A DNA stretch of 59,163 nt from Bacillota bacterium. Lineage in GTDB: Bacteria > Bacillota > UBA4882 > UBA8346. The stretch is from contig JAEZKW010000104.1 in assembly GCA_023415375.1 (NCBI GenBank), positions 1 to 59,163 of the forward strand, read 5' to 3'. Of the stretch, positions 29,653-39,488 are shown piece by piece. Both the position numbers and the translations under genes were made by a program. How positions within the stretch are numbered: the stretch's first letter is position 1; the number at the start of each line of letters is the position of its first letter. The notes under the pieces were generated by a model. That model worked only from the letters and a program-made list of their open reading frames with translations. It ran no database searches and was not told the origin of the DNA.

Positions 29653-30525
29653 ATGAACAACTTAAAAGTATTTCAAAAAGGCTGGAACTATTCACAGGAT
29701 GGACCAGGCAACCGTCTGGTTTATCATTTACAAGGATGTAATATGCGTTGCCCCTGGTGCTCGAATCCTGAAGGTCTATCCATAGACGGTACTTTGATGG
29801 TAGACGAGGGAAAGCTTGTTGATGCCGTATGCCCTAAGGGAGCCATTCAAAACCAAAAGATAGACCGTACCGTATGCCTTTCGTGCCATAGTCGGGATTG
29901 TATCACCAAAAACAAGAATCTGGGAATCTGCTTTCCTTGTCAAGGGTATAGCGTTGAATCCCTTATTGGCGAAGCACAACGGGCAAGGTCGCTTTTTTAC
30001 GATGGGGGAGGGATCACCCTGACGGGCGGCGAGGCAACCCTTCAATTTGAAGCTGTAAAAGAATTATTGATTGCCCTAAAAGCTGTAAATATCAATACCG
30101 CGCTTGAAACGAATGGGACTCACCCCAGGTTGCCTGAGTTGTTCCCGTTAACCGATACCTTGATCATGGATATGAAGCACTATGATTCCAGTATTCATCA
30201 GAAAGTAATAGGAATCGGCAATGGGATGATCATCGGGAATATTCAGAAAGCGGTCCGGGAACATGCCCGAACTTGGCTGAGGATTCCCCTGATTCCCGGT
30301 TTTAATGATGCGGATGAGGATGCGCATCAGTTTGCCAAGTTTTTTAAGCAGCTGTCGGCTGGGGAAATTCTCATTGAAGTTCTTGCTTACCACGAGTTCG
30401 GCAAAGTGAAATGGAGCCAATGCGGAATGGAATATCCCTTTAAAACAGATGGTTTGCCGAAGGGAAGGCTTAAAGAGTTTACGGATATTTTAAAGCAATA
30501 TGATTTGAAGCTGATTCATACATAA
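29653..30525 (+). CDS. glycyl-radical enzyme activating protein (radical SAM)
   Basis: SQDGPGNRLVYHLQGCNMRCPWCSNPE carries the CX3CX2C cluster motif at 29737..29760. There is a Cys-containing insert, and GGEATL is present. It sits directly upstream of a glycyl-radical enzyme. Confidence 0.9.
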   Translation: MNNLKVFQKGWNYSQDGPGNRLVYHLQGCNMRCPWCSNPEGLSIDGTLMVDEGKLVDAVCPKGAIQNQKIDRTVCLSCHSRDCITKNKNLGICFPCQGYSVESLIGEAQRARSLFYDGGGITLTGGEATLQFEAVKELLIALKAVNINTALETNGTHPRLPELFPLTDTLIMDMKHYDSSIHQKVIGIGNGMIIGNIQKAVREHARTWLRIPLIPGFNDADEDAHQFAKFFKQLSAGEILIEVLAYHEFGKVKWSQCGMEYPFKTDGLPKGRLKEFTDILKQYDLKLIHT

Positions 30526-30543
30526 ATTTTAGGGGGTTACGTC

Positions 30544-32940
30544 ATGAAGTGGCAAAATGTATACACCAATGAAAAACTGCAACAGAATGTAGAATTATTG
30601 CTTGAAGAACAAAGAAAACAAAAACGGCTGGACGGTTGGTTTTTGATCAAAGAAATCCAGGCGCGTTATGAAAATCAATTTAAATCTCTAGACCCAGAAT
30701 TAAAAGGGGCCCAGCTGTTAAAGAAAGTAATCAGCGAATTGCCGCTTAGCATAAGCAAGTATGGGGTATTCGCCGGAACCCAAAATGATGCTTTCTCGCC
30801 TTCGTATGCCTTGATAAATCCGGCGTTTAAAGTGGAGTCTTTCGCAGGTTATTGTGACCCGACTGCAATATTTGATGATGTTGCTCCGAATGAAGAATTC
30901 ACCGCTGAGCGGATTAATAAAACCCGCACTTATACCAAAAACACCGACTATGTGCAAGAATTGGGCAAGGTTTACGACAAGTACCGTTTGGAAACTTCGG
31001 AAGCGGCCTTTTTCGTCGAACAAGTCACCGGACACTTAATTCCCGATTTTCGGCCGGCGCTAGCCGAGGGAGTGGAAAGCCTGCTTCATCAGATTCAAAC
31101 GAAGCTCAAAACCGCCAGTAAAGATAAAGCTCCCAAATATGAGGCCTTCGGCATCGCGCTGGAATCGGCGCTGATTTTGGCTGAACGCTATGCGGCCCTC
31201 GCCGCGGAATTGGCGGAAAAAGAGAAAGAACCCAGGAAAACTGAATTACAGCTGATTTCGGAGACTCTCCATAAAGTTCCGCGTTTCGGGGCGACCAACT
31301 TATTTGAAGCCATCCAATCCTTTATGATCTTATGGCAGGTTATGTGTAGTGAACAATCCCCCAATCCCTATGCGTTTTCGGTGGGAAACGCCGACCGGAT
31401 ATTCGAACCGTTCCGGGCCATGGAAAATTGCGAACGTAGCAGGGCGGCTTCTCTTTTTAAACATTTATTAGTGTTTTACAATGTAGGCGAACGGAGCTGG
31501 GCGATATCTCAGGATCTAATTATTGGCGGGCGTTCCATTGACGGTAGAGATCTTACCAATGAGACTTCCTATGCGCTGTTGGACGCTTATTACGAAACCA
31601 ATTTTCCCCAACCGATTTTATCGGTAAGACTTCACCGGAATACACCCGAACGGTTATTTGAAGAATTGGGACGATTTTTCTTTACGCCGGGTTGTCTTAC
31701 CCCTTCCTTTTTTAACGACGATTCCCTGTTTCCGATTTTGAAAAAGAACGGCGTCGCTGAAGCAGATTTGGAAAATTATGCAGTGGCCGGTTGTCAGGAA
31801 CCGTTAATCATGGGCCGGGACAATGGAAATACCACCAACAGCTGGCTTAATCTCGCCAAAATACTGGAGTTGGCTTTAAATAACGGCTGTTCTACTCTGA
31901 CTGGTAAAAAAATCGGCTTATCCTATGCAGAGTTGGGACTGGAGGATGACCCTTTAAGCGTTTTAAAAGGAGTACGGGAGGCTTTTGAAAAACAACTGGC
32001 CTACTTCGTTGATAAGATGGTTGATGCGGCGAATGGGTGTTCCAGGGTGGTCTCGTTGTTGCCGGTGCCGTTTTTGTCGTCGTTTATGGGTGGAATTGAG
32101 ACGGGAGTCGATACACGGGATATTCACAATCAGGGTACGAAGTATAATGGCAGCGGTTGTCTGATTCATGGACTTTCAGTCGTGACGGATTCTTTTATCG
32201 CTATCGATACACTGATTAAAGAACGGCCGGAAGATGCCGGACGTTTGTTAAGTGGCTTATGCAATAATTTTAAAGACGATGAAACCTTGTATCAATATCT
32301 GCGGGCCTGCGACAAATATGGCAATAATATCCCCACGGTAGACGAGGAAGCGGCTCGAGTTGCGGCTCATGTCTCCCGGCTGATAGCCGCAAAGAAAAAT
32401 TACCTGGGTAATCCATTCCGCCCCGATTGGAGCAGTCCTTCGACGCATCTATTATACGGATATTGGGTTGGCGCTACTCCGGACGGAAGAAAAGCAAGAG
32501 AGATGCTTAATTACGGATTGGATCCTTTATATGGAGAAGCAAGCTCCGGCATTGGATTTCGCATCTTGTCCTTGAAAAACTTGCCCTTCGAGTTGATGAA
32601 CGGTGGTTATGCCTCACACTTCGGCATTGATCCGAAGTATTTTCCGGAAGCAACCATGGCCGAAAAAGGAGCAGCTTTTCAAAAGCGAATCATTAATCCG
32701 TTGTTTTTCAGCTCTGAACAGGCTTTGGATCAGGAGCACTCCATCAATCCGTTTTATTTATATGTGAATGTGACCACCCCGGAAATGCTGAGGAAGGTAT
32801 TGGCCAATCCCAAAAAATATGCCCCTAGCGGCATCTATATTGTAAGAATCCATGGCACCTTTGTGAACTTTTTGGACTTGTCACCGGCCATCCAAAATGA
32901 TATTATTTTGCGGTTGGATTTAGAATCAACCAAAATGTGA
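30544..32940 (+). CDS. glycyl-radical enzyme of the PFL2/dehydratase-like class, substrate unknown
   Basis: The Cys loop is AVAGCQEP (Cys417, 31792..31794). GATPDGRKA is present. The C-terminal glycyl loop is VRIHGTF (Gly771, 32854..32856). The 798-aa length is typical. RBS AGGGGG. Confidence 0.85.
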   Translation: MKWQNVYTNEKLQQNVELLLEEQRKQKRLDGWFLIKEIQARYENQFKSLDPELKGAQLLKKVISELPLSISKYGVFAGTQNDAFSPSYALINPAFKVESFAGYCDPTAIFDDVAPNEEFTAERINKTRTYTKNTDYVQELGKVYDKYRLETSEAAFFVEQVTGHLIPDFRPALAEGVESLLHQIQTKLKTASKDKAPKYEAFGIALESALILAERYAALAAELAEKEKEPRKTELQLISETLHKVPRFGATNLFEAIQSFMILWQVMCSEQSPNPYAFSVGNADRIFEPFRAMENCERSRAASLFKHLLVFYNVGERSWAISQDLIIGGRSIDGRDLTNETSYALLDAYYETNFPQPILSVRLHRNTPERLFEELGRFFFTPGCLTPSFFNDDSLFPILKKNGVAEADLENYAVAGCQEPLIMGRDNGNTTNSWLNLAKILELALNNGCSTLTGKKIGLSYAELGLEDDPLSVLKGVREAFEKQLAYFVDKMVDAANGCSRVVSLLPVPFLSSFMGGIETGVDTRDIHNQGTKYNGSGCLIHGLSVVTDSFIAIDTLIKERPEDAGRLLSGLCNNFKDDETLYQYLRACDKYGNNIPTVDEEAARVAAHVSRLIAAKKNYLGNPFRPDWSSPSTHLLYGYWVGATPDGRKAREMLNYGLDPLYGEASSGIGFRILSLKNLPFELMNGGYASHFGIDPKYFPEATMAEKGAAFQKRIINPLFFSSEQALDQEHSINPFYLYVNVTTPEMLRKVLANPKKYAPSGIYIVRIHGTFVNFLDLSPAIQNDIILRLDLESTKM

Positions 32941-32952
32941 GGGTGTTAAAAA

Positions 32953-34005
32953 ATGCCGGAAAAAGAAGCGGCCGATAATCACCTTTATCTGAAGCTCCGG
33001 ATGGATCTGTGCCGGAAAATTTTTGAGGGCACTTATCAAGATGGCGAATTATTCCCCCCCGAGCGGGAAATGGCGTCACAGTTCGGAGTAAGCAGGGTAA
33101 CCATCCGTAAGACTTTGGAACTGTTGGAGAATGAAGCATATATCTCCCGGGTACAGGGAAGCGGTACTCGGGTTACCTTGCGGACCACGGGTTATCCGGG
33201 TACAATGGATATTTTGGCGTTGGTGGCTCCGGCCCAGAATAGTTTCTTTGCTTCATTCATTGACTTCTTCGAGTCGTTTGCCGAAAATAATAATTCGTTG
33301 GTCCTTTTTAAACAGGCCCGCAGTTCCGGGCGGTTCAAAATTGAGGATTACTTGTTCCGGCTGTTTCAAAAGAATATTCGTGACGTTATTCTGTGGTTGC
33401 CGGGTGAGATGATTGAGGCCAAGTATCTTCAACGCCTGCGTGGAATGGGTATGAATATTGTCTTTTTTGATGTGGTAACGGTCACTCCGTTTGCGGATTG
33501 CGTGAGCGTCGATAACTACCATGCCATCCAATCATTATATCGGTTTGTTACTTCCAAGGGGCATCAGGATATGCTTTATTTAGGCTGGGATAATCAGACC
33601 CTCTCGAGCGTCCGGGAACGGGAAAAGGCTTTTCAGGATGTTACTGCCGGAGGTCAACGGATTCACCGGCTGATTTGGGAGCAAAAAGGCAATTTTTTCA
33701 ATAATCTGACCGGGTTGATTCGCGAATTGGAAACCAGACAGGAAATGCCGACCTGTTTTATATGCGGTGACGGAGAAATCGGGATTGGTTTGCAAAAATT
33801 CCTGGCTGAAAGACCCGGTTCGAATCACCTGGCAGTTTGCGTCGATGACTTGCCGGGGGCACGGGAATTGCAACTTACAGTTTACGAGCAGCCACTTCAG
33901 AAACTGGCCCGCCAAGTCTATGAATGCCTATGCGCCCAAAACCGGGAATCCGATAGCTGGCGTGCTTCAAATTATTATGTTAAAGGCGAATTGATTATCC
34001 GGTAA
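32953..34005 (+). CDS. AraR-type regulator (GntR wHTH + LacI/GalR-like sugar-binding domain)
   Basis: The N-terminal part LFPPEREMASQFGVSRVTIRKTLELLENEAYISRVQGSGTRV is a GntR HTH. The ~270-aa C-terminal part has a periplasmic-binding-protein-like alternating pattern. Confidence 0.75.
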   Translation: MPEKEAADNHLYLKLRMDLCRKIFEGTYQDGELFPPEREMASQFGVSRVTIRKTLELLENEAYISRVQGSGTRVTLRTTGYPGTMDILALVAPAQNSFFASFIDFFESFAENNNSLVLFKQARSSGRFKIEDYLFRLFQKNIRDVILWLPGEMIEAKYLQRLRGMGMNIVFFDVVTVTPFADCVSVDNYHAIQSLYRFVTSKGHQDMLYLGWDNQTLSSVREREKAFQDVTAGGQRIHRLIWEQKGNFFNNLTGLIRELETRQEMPTCFICGDGEIGIGLQKFLAERPGSNHLAVCVDDLPGARELQLTVYEQPLQKLARQVYECLCAQNRESDSWRASNYYVKGELIIR

Positions 34006-34143
34006 TACTAAGTTGCATTCACATGGCATCTATGGATGCCGAAGGCATTTATAAATAAAATGAAACTTAGCATAAAAGACAAATCTGCACCAGTTCGTAT
34101 TTTGATTTGAATGCAAATTTATATTAATGTATCGAGGTGTGAT

Positions 34144-35517
34144 ATGAAGTTTGTGGGATTGGATATCGGAACGACTACCATCTGTGGAGTGGTCCTCGAT
34201 CCGGATGAACAGTCAATCGTCTATTCCATCGTTAAAAAAAACAGTGCGGCCATTCATGCTGAAAACAGTTGGGAGCAATTGCAGGACCCTCTGACCATCC
34301 TGGAGATTGCTGGTGAGATTTTGCATAGCCTTTGCACCAAGTATCCGGACATCAAAGGAATCGGTGTGACCGGTCAAATGCACGGTATCTTGTATGTCGA
34401 CAAATCCGGCAATGCCGTAAGCCCTTTGTATACCTGGCAAGATGGCCGGGGTAACCTGCCCTATCAAGACGGGAAAACTTATGCCGAGTATCTGGCCGCT
34501 CAAACAGGCTATTCGCTAGCGACCGGATTTGGACTGGTGACTCATTTTTATCAGTCCGTCCATCGCTTGGTCCCTAAAGAAGCTTGTGCCCTGTGTACTA
34601 TCCATGACTATCTGGTGATGCGGCTCGTTAATCTGGATAGGCCCTGTTGCGATCCTACCAATGCCGCAAGTTTAGGTTTCTTTAACCTGAAGGATCTGGA
34701 CTTCGACAGGAAAGCGCTTGCCGCAGTCGGAATCGACGCAGCCGTTCTCCCTACTGTTACGACTTCTTTGAAGGCGCTCGGAAAAACCAAGGATAATATC
34801 CCGGTATTTCCGGCGCTAGGGGATAATCAAGCCAGCTTTATCGGGGCAGTGCGGGATCCCAATATTTCTTTTTTGGTCAATGTAGGTACCAGTAGCCAGA
34901 TTTCTGCTTATACTCCTGAATTTGCCGTGATTTCCGGTATTGAACTCCGGCCGTTTCCCGGTGGCGGCTATTTGTTGGTCGGTGCTCCCCTGTGCGGCGG
35001 CAAGTCATATGCACTGCTGGAGACTTTTTTTAGAAGCGTATTAAAGCTCTTTACCAAGAAAGATTATGAAAGTCTCTATGAAACAATGAATCAAATTGAT
35101 CTTGAATCGCTGGTAAGCAACGATTTATTGAAGATTTCCACCAAATTTAGCGGTACCCGGAGTGATGCCACAGTCCGCGGTTCAATAGGCAATATCAGTC
35201 TTACCAATTTTAGCCCGGAGTATTTGATTGCGGGGTTCTTGGAAGGGGTTGCCGTTGAATTGCATGAGTTCTACAACGGCCTCCCAGTTTCCGTCCGTAA
35301 TGAATTTCAGCTGATGGCCGGTTCCGGGAACGGGATCCGGAAAAATAAGCTGCTCAGGAAGACGTTCGCCAGGGTATTTCAGATGAAAATGGAAGTCCCT
35401 TTATATGACGAAGAAGCCTCTTTGGGAGCGGCTCTATTGGCTTCCTCAGGCTACGGCCGTTTTCAAACCATCCAGTCCGCCATGAAGATCATTCATTACC
35501 AAAGGCAGGAAATTTAA
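34144..35517 (+). CDS. FGGY-family carbohydrate kinase, sedoheptulokinase-like
   Basis: MKFVGLDIGTTTICGVV is the phosphate-1 motif. GIGVTGQMHGILYVD..SPLYTWQDGRG matches the SHPK-like branch as I recall it. ATG 34144 follows GAGGTG. Confidence 0.75.
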   Translation: MKFVGLDIGTTTICGVVLDPDEQSIVYSIVKKNSAAIHAENSWEQLQDPLTILEIAGEILHSLCTKYPDIKGIGVTGQMHGILYVDKSGNAVSPLYTWQDGRGNLPYQDGKTYAEYLAAQTGYSLATGFGLVTHFYQSVHRLVPKEACALCTIHDYLVMRLVNLDRPCCDPTNAASLGFFNLKDLDFDRKALAAVGIDAAVLPTVTTSLKALGKTKDNIPVFPALGDNQASFIGAVRDPNISFLVNVGTSSQISAYTPEFAVISGIELRPFPGGGYLLVGAPLCGGKSYALLETFFRSVLKLFTKKDYESLYETMNQIDLESLVSNDLLKISTKFSGTRSDATVRGSIGNISLTNFSPEYLIAGFLEGVAVELHEFYNGLPVSVRNEFQLMAGSGNGIRKNKLLRKTFARVFQMKMEVPLYDEEASLGAALLASSGYGRFQTIQSAMKIIHYQRQEI

Positions 35518-35579
35518 CTTAAGAGATGAATAAACAATTAAAGGTGAAAACGATTTCCACGAAATCTTTGGGATGAATA

Positions 35580-35608
35580 TTTACAAATGCATGAATTTGG
35601 ATTATAAT
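35580..35608 (+). promoter_or_regulatory. sigma70-type promoter upstream of the ROK regulator
   Basis: TTTACA (35580..35585), a 17-nt spacer, then TATAAT (35603..35608). Confidence 0.55.
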
Positions 35609-35737
35609 AAACTTAATTAAAGTATATTATAAAGTTGTAAAGAAGGATGCAATATTAATTACACTTCGATTGATATCCGGAAATTTAACATTCAAAATAT
35701 TATCCGCATTACTTTAGAAAATGGACCCATCAGCAAG

Positions 35738-36844
35738 GTGGATATCGCTGAGAAACTGGGATTGACTTTGGTTACAGTTAATCAAATCACCAATAACCTG
35801 ATTAAAAAAGGGATTTTGATACAGGAAGGGGTCGCCGAATCTTCCGGGGGTCGGAGAGCCGGTTTGTATGCGGTAAATGCAGTTGCGTTTTATGTGGTGG
35901 GAATCAATATCGGTATTCGTTATGTTTCGATTGCGGTTGATAATTTGCGGATGGAGACAGTTTATACGGATAGCATCCGGTTGAATACCAAAAGTTCGCC
36001 GCAAGATGTTACCCGGCTGATCTGCGGCAAAATCAATCAGGTGCTGCAAATCCAACCGATAACCAAAACTAAATTGCTGGGCATCGGAGTGACGCTCCCG
36101 GGACTGGTGGATGGGGAAAAAGGTCAGGTTGTGCTGCTCCCGAACATGCCGGGGTGGGAGAATTTCCCTTTGAAAGAGGTTTTACAAAATGAGTTTCAGA
36201 CCTATGTTACCATCGAAAAAGATATTTATGGCAGTTTAATCTATCTGAAAAACCGCAAGATATTAACCGGTTCCAATGCTATGCTGTTTGCCATCAAGGG
36301 AGGTATCGGCGCGGCTGTGCTTTTAAACGGCAAACCGTACCGAGGTGAGAATGGCATAGCCGGTGAAATCGGGCACGCCTTGTTCCGAGTTAGCGGCGAT
36401 GGAAATGATGATAGCGACACCAGTTTTGAATCCTATGCTTCTGATTATGGCATTATTAACAAAGTCAAAGTAAAAAAAAGCGCCCAATTAACCGTTGAAG
36501 AGCTTGATGATCTCGACTTAACTTACATCATCAATTCTTGCCAGACCGGTGATGATACTTGCAAGGAAGTTCTGTTGGAAGCAGCCAAATATGTAGGAAT
36601 TATGCTTAGTAACGCCATCAAATTTTATGACCCCAAATGTATCATCATTTATTGCCGATGGATCAAAGAAGTGCCGGAAACCTTGGCTAAAATCGAAAAC
36701 ATCATCCAAAATAGCAATACCTTGATTAAAATGAACACCGAGATTCAAGTGATGTATCAGAAAGATATTTATCTTGAAGGAGCTGTTACCATCGTTTTTG
36801 AACATATGTTGGAAAGTATCGTTGATAATCCGCTGGTCGAGTAA
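35738..36844 (+). CDS. ROK-family transcriptional regulator (true start probably upstream at a non-canonical codon)
   Basis: The wHTH is ...ENGPISKVDIAEKLGLTLVTVNQITNNLIKKGIL. The ROK sugar-kinase-like body includes GEIGH. The frame is open from 35633, and ROK-like sequence (IRKFNIQNIIRITLENGPIS) precedes the first GTG. Confidence 0.8.
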   Translation: MDIAEKLGLTLVTVNQITNNLIKKGILIQEGVAESSGGRRAGLYAVNAVAFYVVGINIGIRYVSIAVDNLRMETVYTDSIRLNTKSSPQDVTRLICGKINQVLQIQPITKTKLLGIGVTLPGLVDGEKGQVVLLPNMPGWENFPLKEVLQNEFQTYVTIEKDIYGSLIYLKNRKILTGSNAMLFAIKGGIGAAVLLNGKPYRGENGIAGEIGHALFRVSGDGNDDSDTSFESYASDYGIINKVKVKKSAQLTVEELDDLDLTYIINSCQTGDDTCKEVLLEAAKYVGIMLSNAIKFYDPKCIIIYCRWIKEVPETLAKIENIIQNSNTLIKMNTEIQVMYQKDIYLEGAVTIVFEHMLESIVDNPLVE

Positions 36845-36903
36845 ATTTTTTGTCCAGTTAATAAATTACTTTAATAAAGTAACTAATTATAAGGAGATCA
36901 ATC

Positions 36904-38205
36904 ATGGTTGCAACGGAACTTAGGAAAGAAATTGCTTCAGAAGTCGACAAAATAGCGATTGTCGACCCCCATACCCATTTACGCGAGGATGATCTTTCTT
37001 CTCATGTCGTCGACATCTTATCCTACCATTGGATTCTTTCAGAATTGAACAGTGTCGGTATGGATTACGAAAAGACGCTGATGAACAAAGATTTGGACCT
37101 TGATATGAGGCTTAAAAGCGTTATTCCGTATTTCTCCAAGATGAGAAATACGGCGACAGCTCGCTGTGTTTATAACATCTTCAAGGGTTTATACGGTTTT
37201 CATGATCAATTGAATGAGGGAAATTATAAACAACTGCTGGATATATCAATCAAGAACAGTTCCAGGAGCGACTGGCCGGATACGGTGTTTCAAAAGGCAA
37301 ACTTAAACCGTTTTGCAACTTCCGTCGGAAATGCTAGCAAAACAGGGAAGGAAAGAAGCCAGTTCAGCTTAATGGTTGATTTGCATTACCTCTTTTGGCC
37401 AGCCGGTGCCACGGATCTTTTACCATGGTTTGGCGAATTTGCCGGGAATGAGACCGGATATCTGGAAGCACTGGAGAAAGTTGGGAGCTGTTCAATTGCT
37501 TCTATCAAGGATGTAAGGCAAGCGCTCCGAAATTTCATGACCGGTATCAATAAAGGAAGAGTGAAATTTTTCAACACTTTTGTGCCGATTGAATTCAGAT
37601 TTCGCAAAGTGGAGGATTCCACAGCAGAAAGAGCCCTTAAAGCCTTTAGAAAATCAAAAGGCCATTCGAAACAGGATCTTGAGATACTGGTGAGTTTTGT
37701 GACCTGGCAGATACTGGAGCTTTTAAATGAATTCGATACCACATTCCAGATTGCAGTGGGAGCTGAATATTTCATTTGCGGCGGGCGTTCGATCAGTCGG
37801 TTCGAATCTACTTGGGTTTCCGACATGGTGAAGGTTTGTTATGCGTTTCCCAAAATCAAATTTGATTTTATGAATGCTTCCTATGTAATGAATCACGAAA
37901 TGGCAGTCGCCGCCAAGATGATCCGAAATTTCTACATTCAAAACATGTGGTGGCATACTTATGTGCCTTCATGCATTAGTGCGCTCTATGAGCGATTGGA
38001 AATTGTTCCTGCCGTTAAATTGGGCGGGTTTTATTGCGATGCCTACTATTGTGAACTCACCTACGGGAAATTGATGATGGTTAAAGATACAATCATCGAT
38101 GTTTTAACTGCCAAGGTTGAGAATAACGTCTATAGTCTGGATTATGCAATCGAGATTGCTAATATACTTCTCAATAAAAATCCCCAAGAACTCTATCATT
38201 TATAG
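36904..38205 (+). CDS. amidohydrolase-fold protein, uronate-isomerase (UxaC)-like
   Basis: IAIVDPHTHL parallels the DYHCHL metal motif. SYHWILSEL, the MWWHTY stretch and the C-terminal GGFYCDAYY...E..YGK parallel UxaC landmarks from memory. The similarity is distant. Confidence 0.5.
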   Translation: MVATELRKEIASEVDKIAIVDPHTHLREDDLSSHVVDILSYHWILSELNSVGMDYEKTLMNKDLDLDMRLKSVIPYFSKMRNTATARCVYNIFKGLYGFHDQLNEGNYKQLLDISIKNSSRSDWPDTVFQKANLNRFATSVGNASKTGKERSQFSLMVDLHYLFWPAGATDLLPWFGEFAGNETGYLEALEKVGSCSIASIKDVRQALRNFMTGINKGRVKFFNTFVPIEFRFRKVEDSTAERALKAFRKSKGHSKQDLEILVSFVTWQILELLNEFDTTFQIAVGAEYFICGGRSISRFESTWVSDMVKVCYAFPKIKFDFMNASYVMNHEMAVAAKMIRNFYIQNMWWHTYVPSCISALYERLEIVPAVKLGGFYCDAYYCELTYGKLMMVKDTIIDVLTAKVENNVYSLDYAIEIANILLNKNPQELYHL

Positions 38206-38332
38206 GCGGCTCAACCACTACGAATAGGATTGTAAATTTTGGTGTCGCCCGAAAAGGAGGTGTTGCCAATCAATATTAGAATAGGATGTTTTACAGAACA
38301 ATCATTCATCATTATTTGAGGGAGGACTTGCA

Positions 38333-39346
38333 ATGAAGAAGATAGTTTTGGTTTCGAGTTTGGTGGTTTTAGTTGCCCTTTTAGTTGGTTCTTTTGCTTA
38401 TGCTGCTAAAAAATATTATGTTGGTGTTGCAATTTGCAAATTTGATGATACTTTTTTAGCCGGTGTCCGGGATGCCATTAGCACTGCTGCAAAGGGAAAA
38501 GCAGCAAGAGTTGATATTGTTGATTGTCAACTTTCCCAGCCCACTCAGAATGACAAAGTTGACCTTTTCATTACCAAAAAAGCAAATGTTTTAGCGGTAA
38601 ACCCGGTTGACCGAACCGCCGCTGGCGTTATTGTCGATAAAGCAAAAAAAGCCAATATTCCAGTGGTCTTTTTCAATCGTGAACCGTTGCCGGAAGATAT
38701 GCAGAAATGGGATAAAATGTATTATGTAGGTGCCAAAGCTGAACAATCCGGTGCGCTTCAAGGGCAACTTATCGTTGATTACTGGAAGTCCCATCCTGAA
38801 GCGGATAAGAACCATGATGGAGTGCTTCAATATGTTATGATTACCGGAGAACCCGGACACCAGGATGCTGAATTACGGACTAAATATTCAGTTGATACTA
38901 TCCAAAAAGCCGGAATTAAGGTAGAGAAATTGGCTCAGGATACGGCAATGTGGAATCGGGTTCAAGGTCAGGAAAAAATGGCTGCTTTTGTTGCCCAATT
39001 CGGTAATAAGATTGAGGCTGTTCTTGCCAATAACGACGATATGGCTCTCGGAGCGATTGAAGCCTTAAAATCAGCAGGATACTTCAAAGAAGGTAAATAC
39101 GTACCGGTTGTTGGTGTTGATGCCACGGTTCCCGGAGTGAAGGCTATTCAAGATGGCACTATGCTCGGAACCGTTTTAAATGATGCCAAGAATCAAGGAA
39201 AAGCAACATTTGACATTGCTTATTTGCTGGCACAAGGCAAGAAGCCGACCAAAGCCAATACCGGCTATGAATTTACCGATGGTAAATATGTATGGATTCC
39301 TTATAAAAAGGTTACCAAAGATAATTTAAAAGCTCTTTCTTTATGA
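38333..39346 (+). CDS. mglB: galactose/glucose-type periplasmic binding protein
   Basis: Long collinear similarity to E. coli MglB as remembered: YYVG..QSG..QG, GEPGHQDAELRTKY, DTAMWNRVQGQEKM, NKIEAVLANNDDMALGAIEALK, GTVLNDAKNQGKATFD. The signal peptide has no lipobox. Confidence 0.85.
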   Translation: MKKIVLVSSLVVLVALLVGSFAYAAKKYYVGVAICKFDDTFLAGVRDAISTAAKGKAARVDIVDCQLSQPTQNDKVDLFITKKANVLAVNPVDRTAAGVIVDKAKKANIPVVFFNREPLPEDMQKWDKMYYVGAKAEQSGALQGQLIVDYWKSHPEADKNHDGVLQYVMITGEPGHQDAELRTKYSVDTIQKAGIKVEKLAQDTAMWNRVQGQEKMAAFVAQFGNKIEAVLANNDDMALGAIEALKSAGYFKEGKYVPVVGVDATVPGVKAIQDGTMLGTVLNDAKNQGKATFDIAYLLAQGKKPTKANTGYEFTDGKYVWIPYKKVTKDNLKALSL

Positions 39347-39488
39347 GATACTCTTAAAGGCAAACAATATTTAAAATTTTGTCTGTAAGGGAGCAGTTGC
39401 TCGATTGCTCCCTTATTTTTATGATATCGAAAAATGCCAAAGTATATCTTATGGAGTAATGTTAATGCGATTACGGGGGGCATTTGAT

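Noticed and set aside
29466-29660. A 64-aa minus-strand ORF overlaps the GRE promoter.
   Set aside because: It has no RBS, runs antisense through the consensus promoter and palindrome, and has a low-complexity product. It is most likely spurious.
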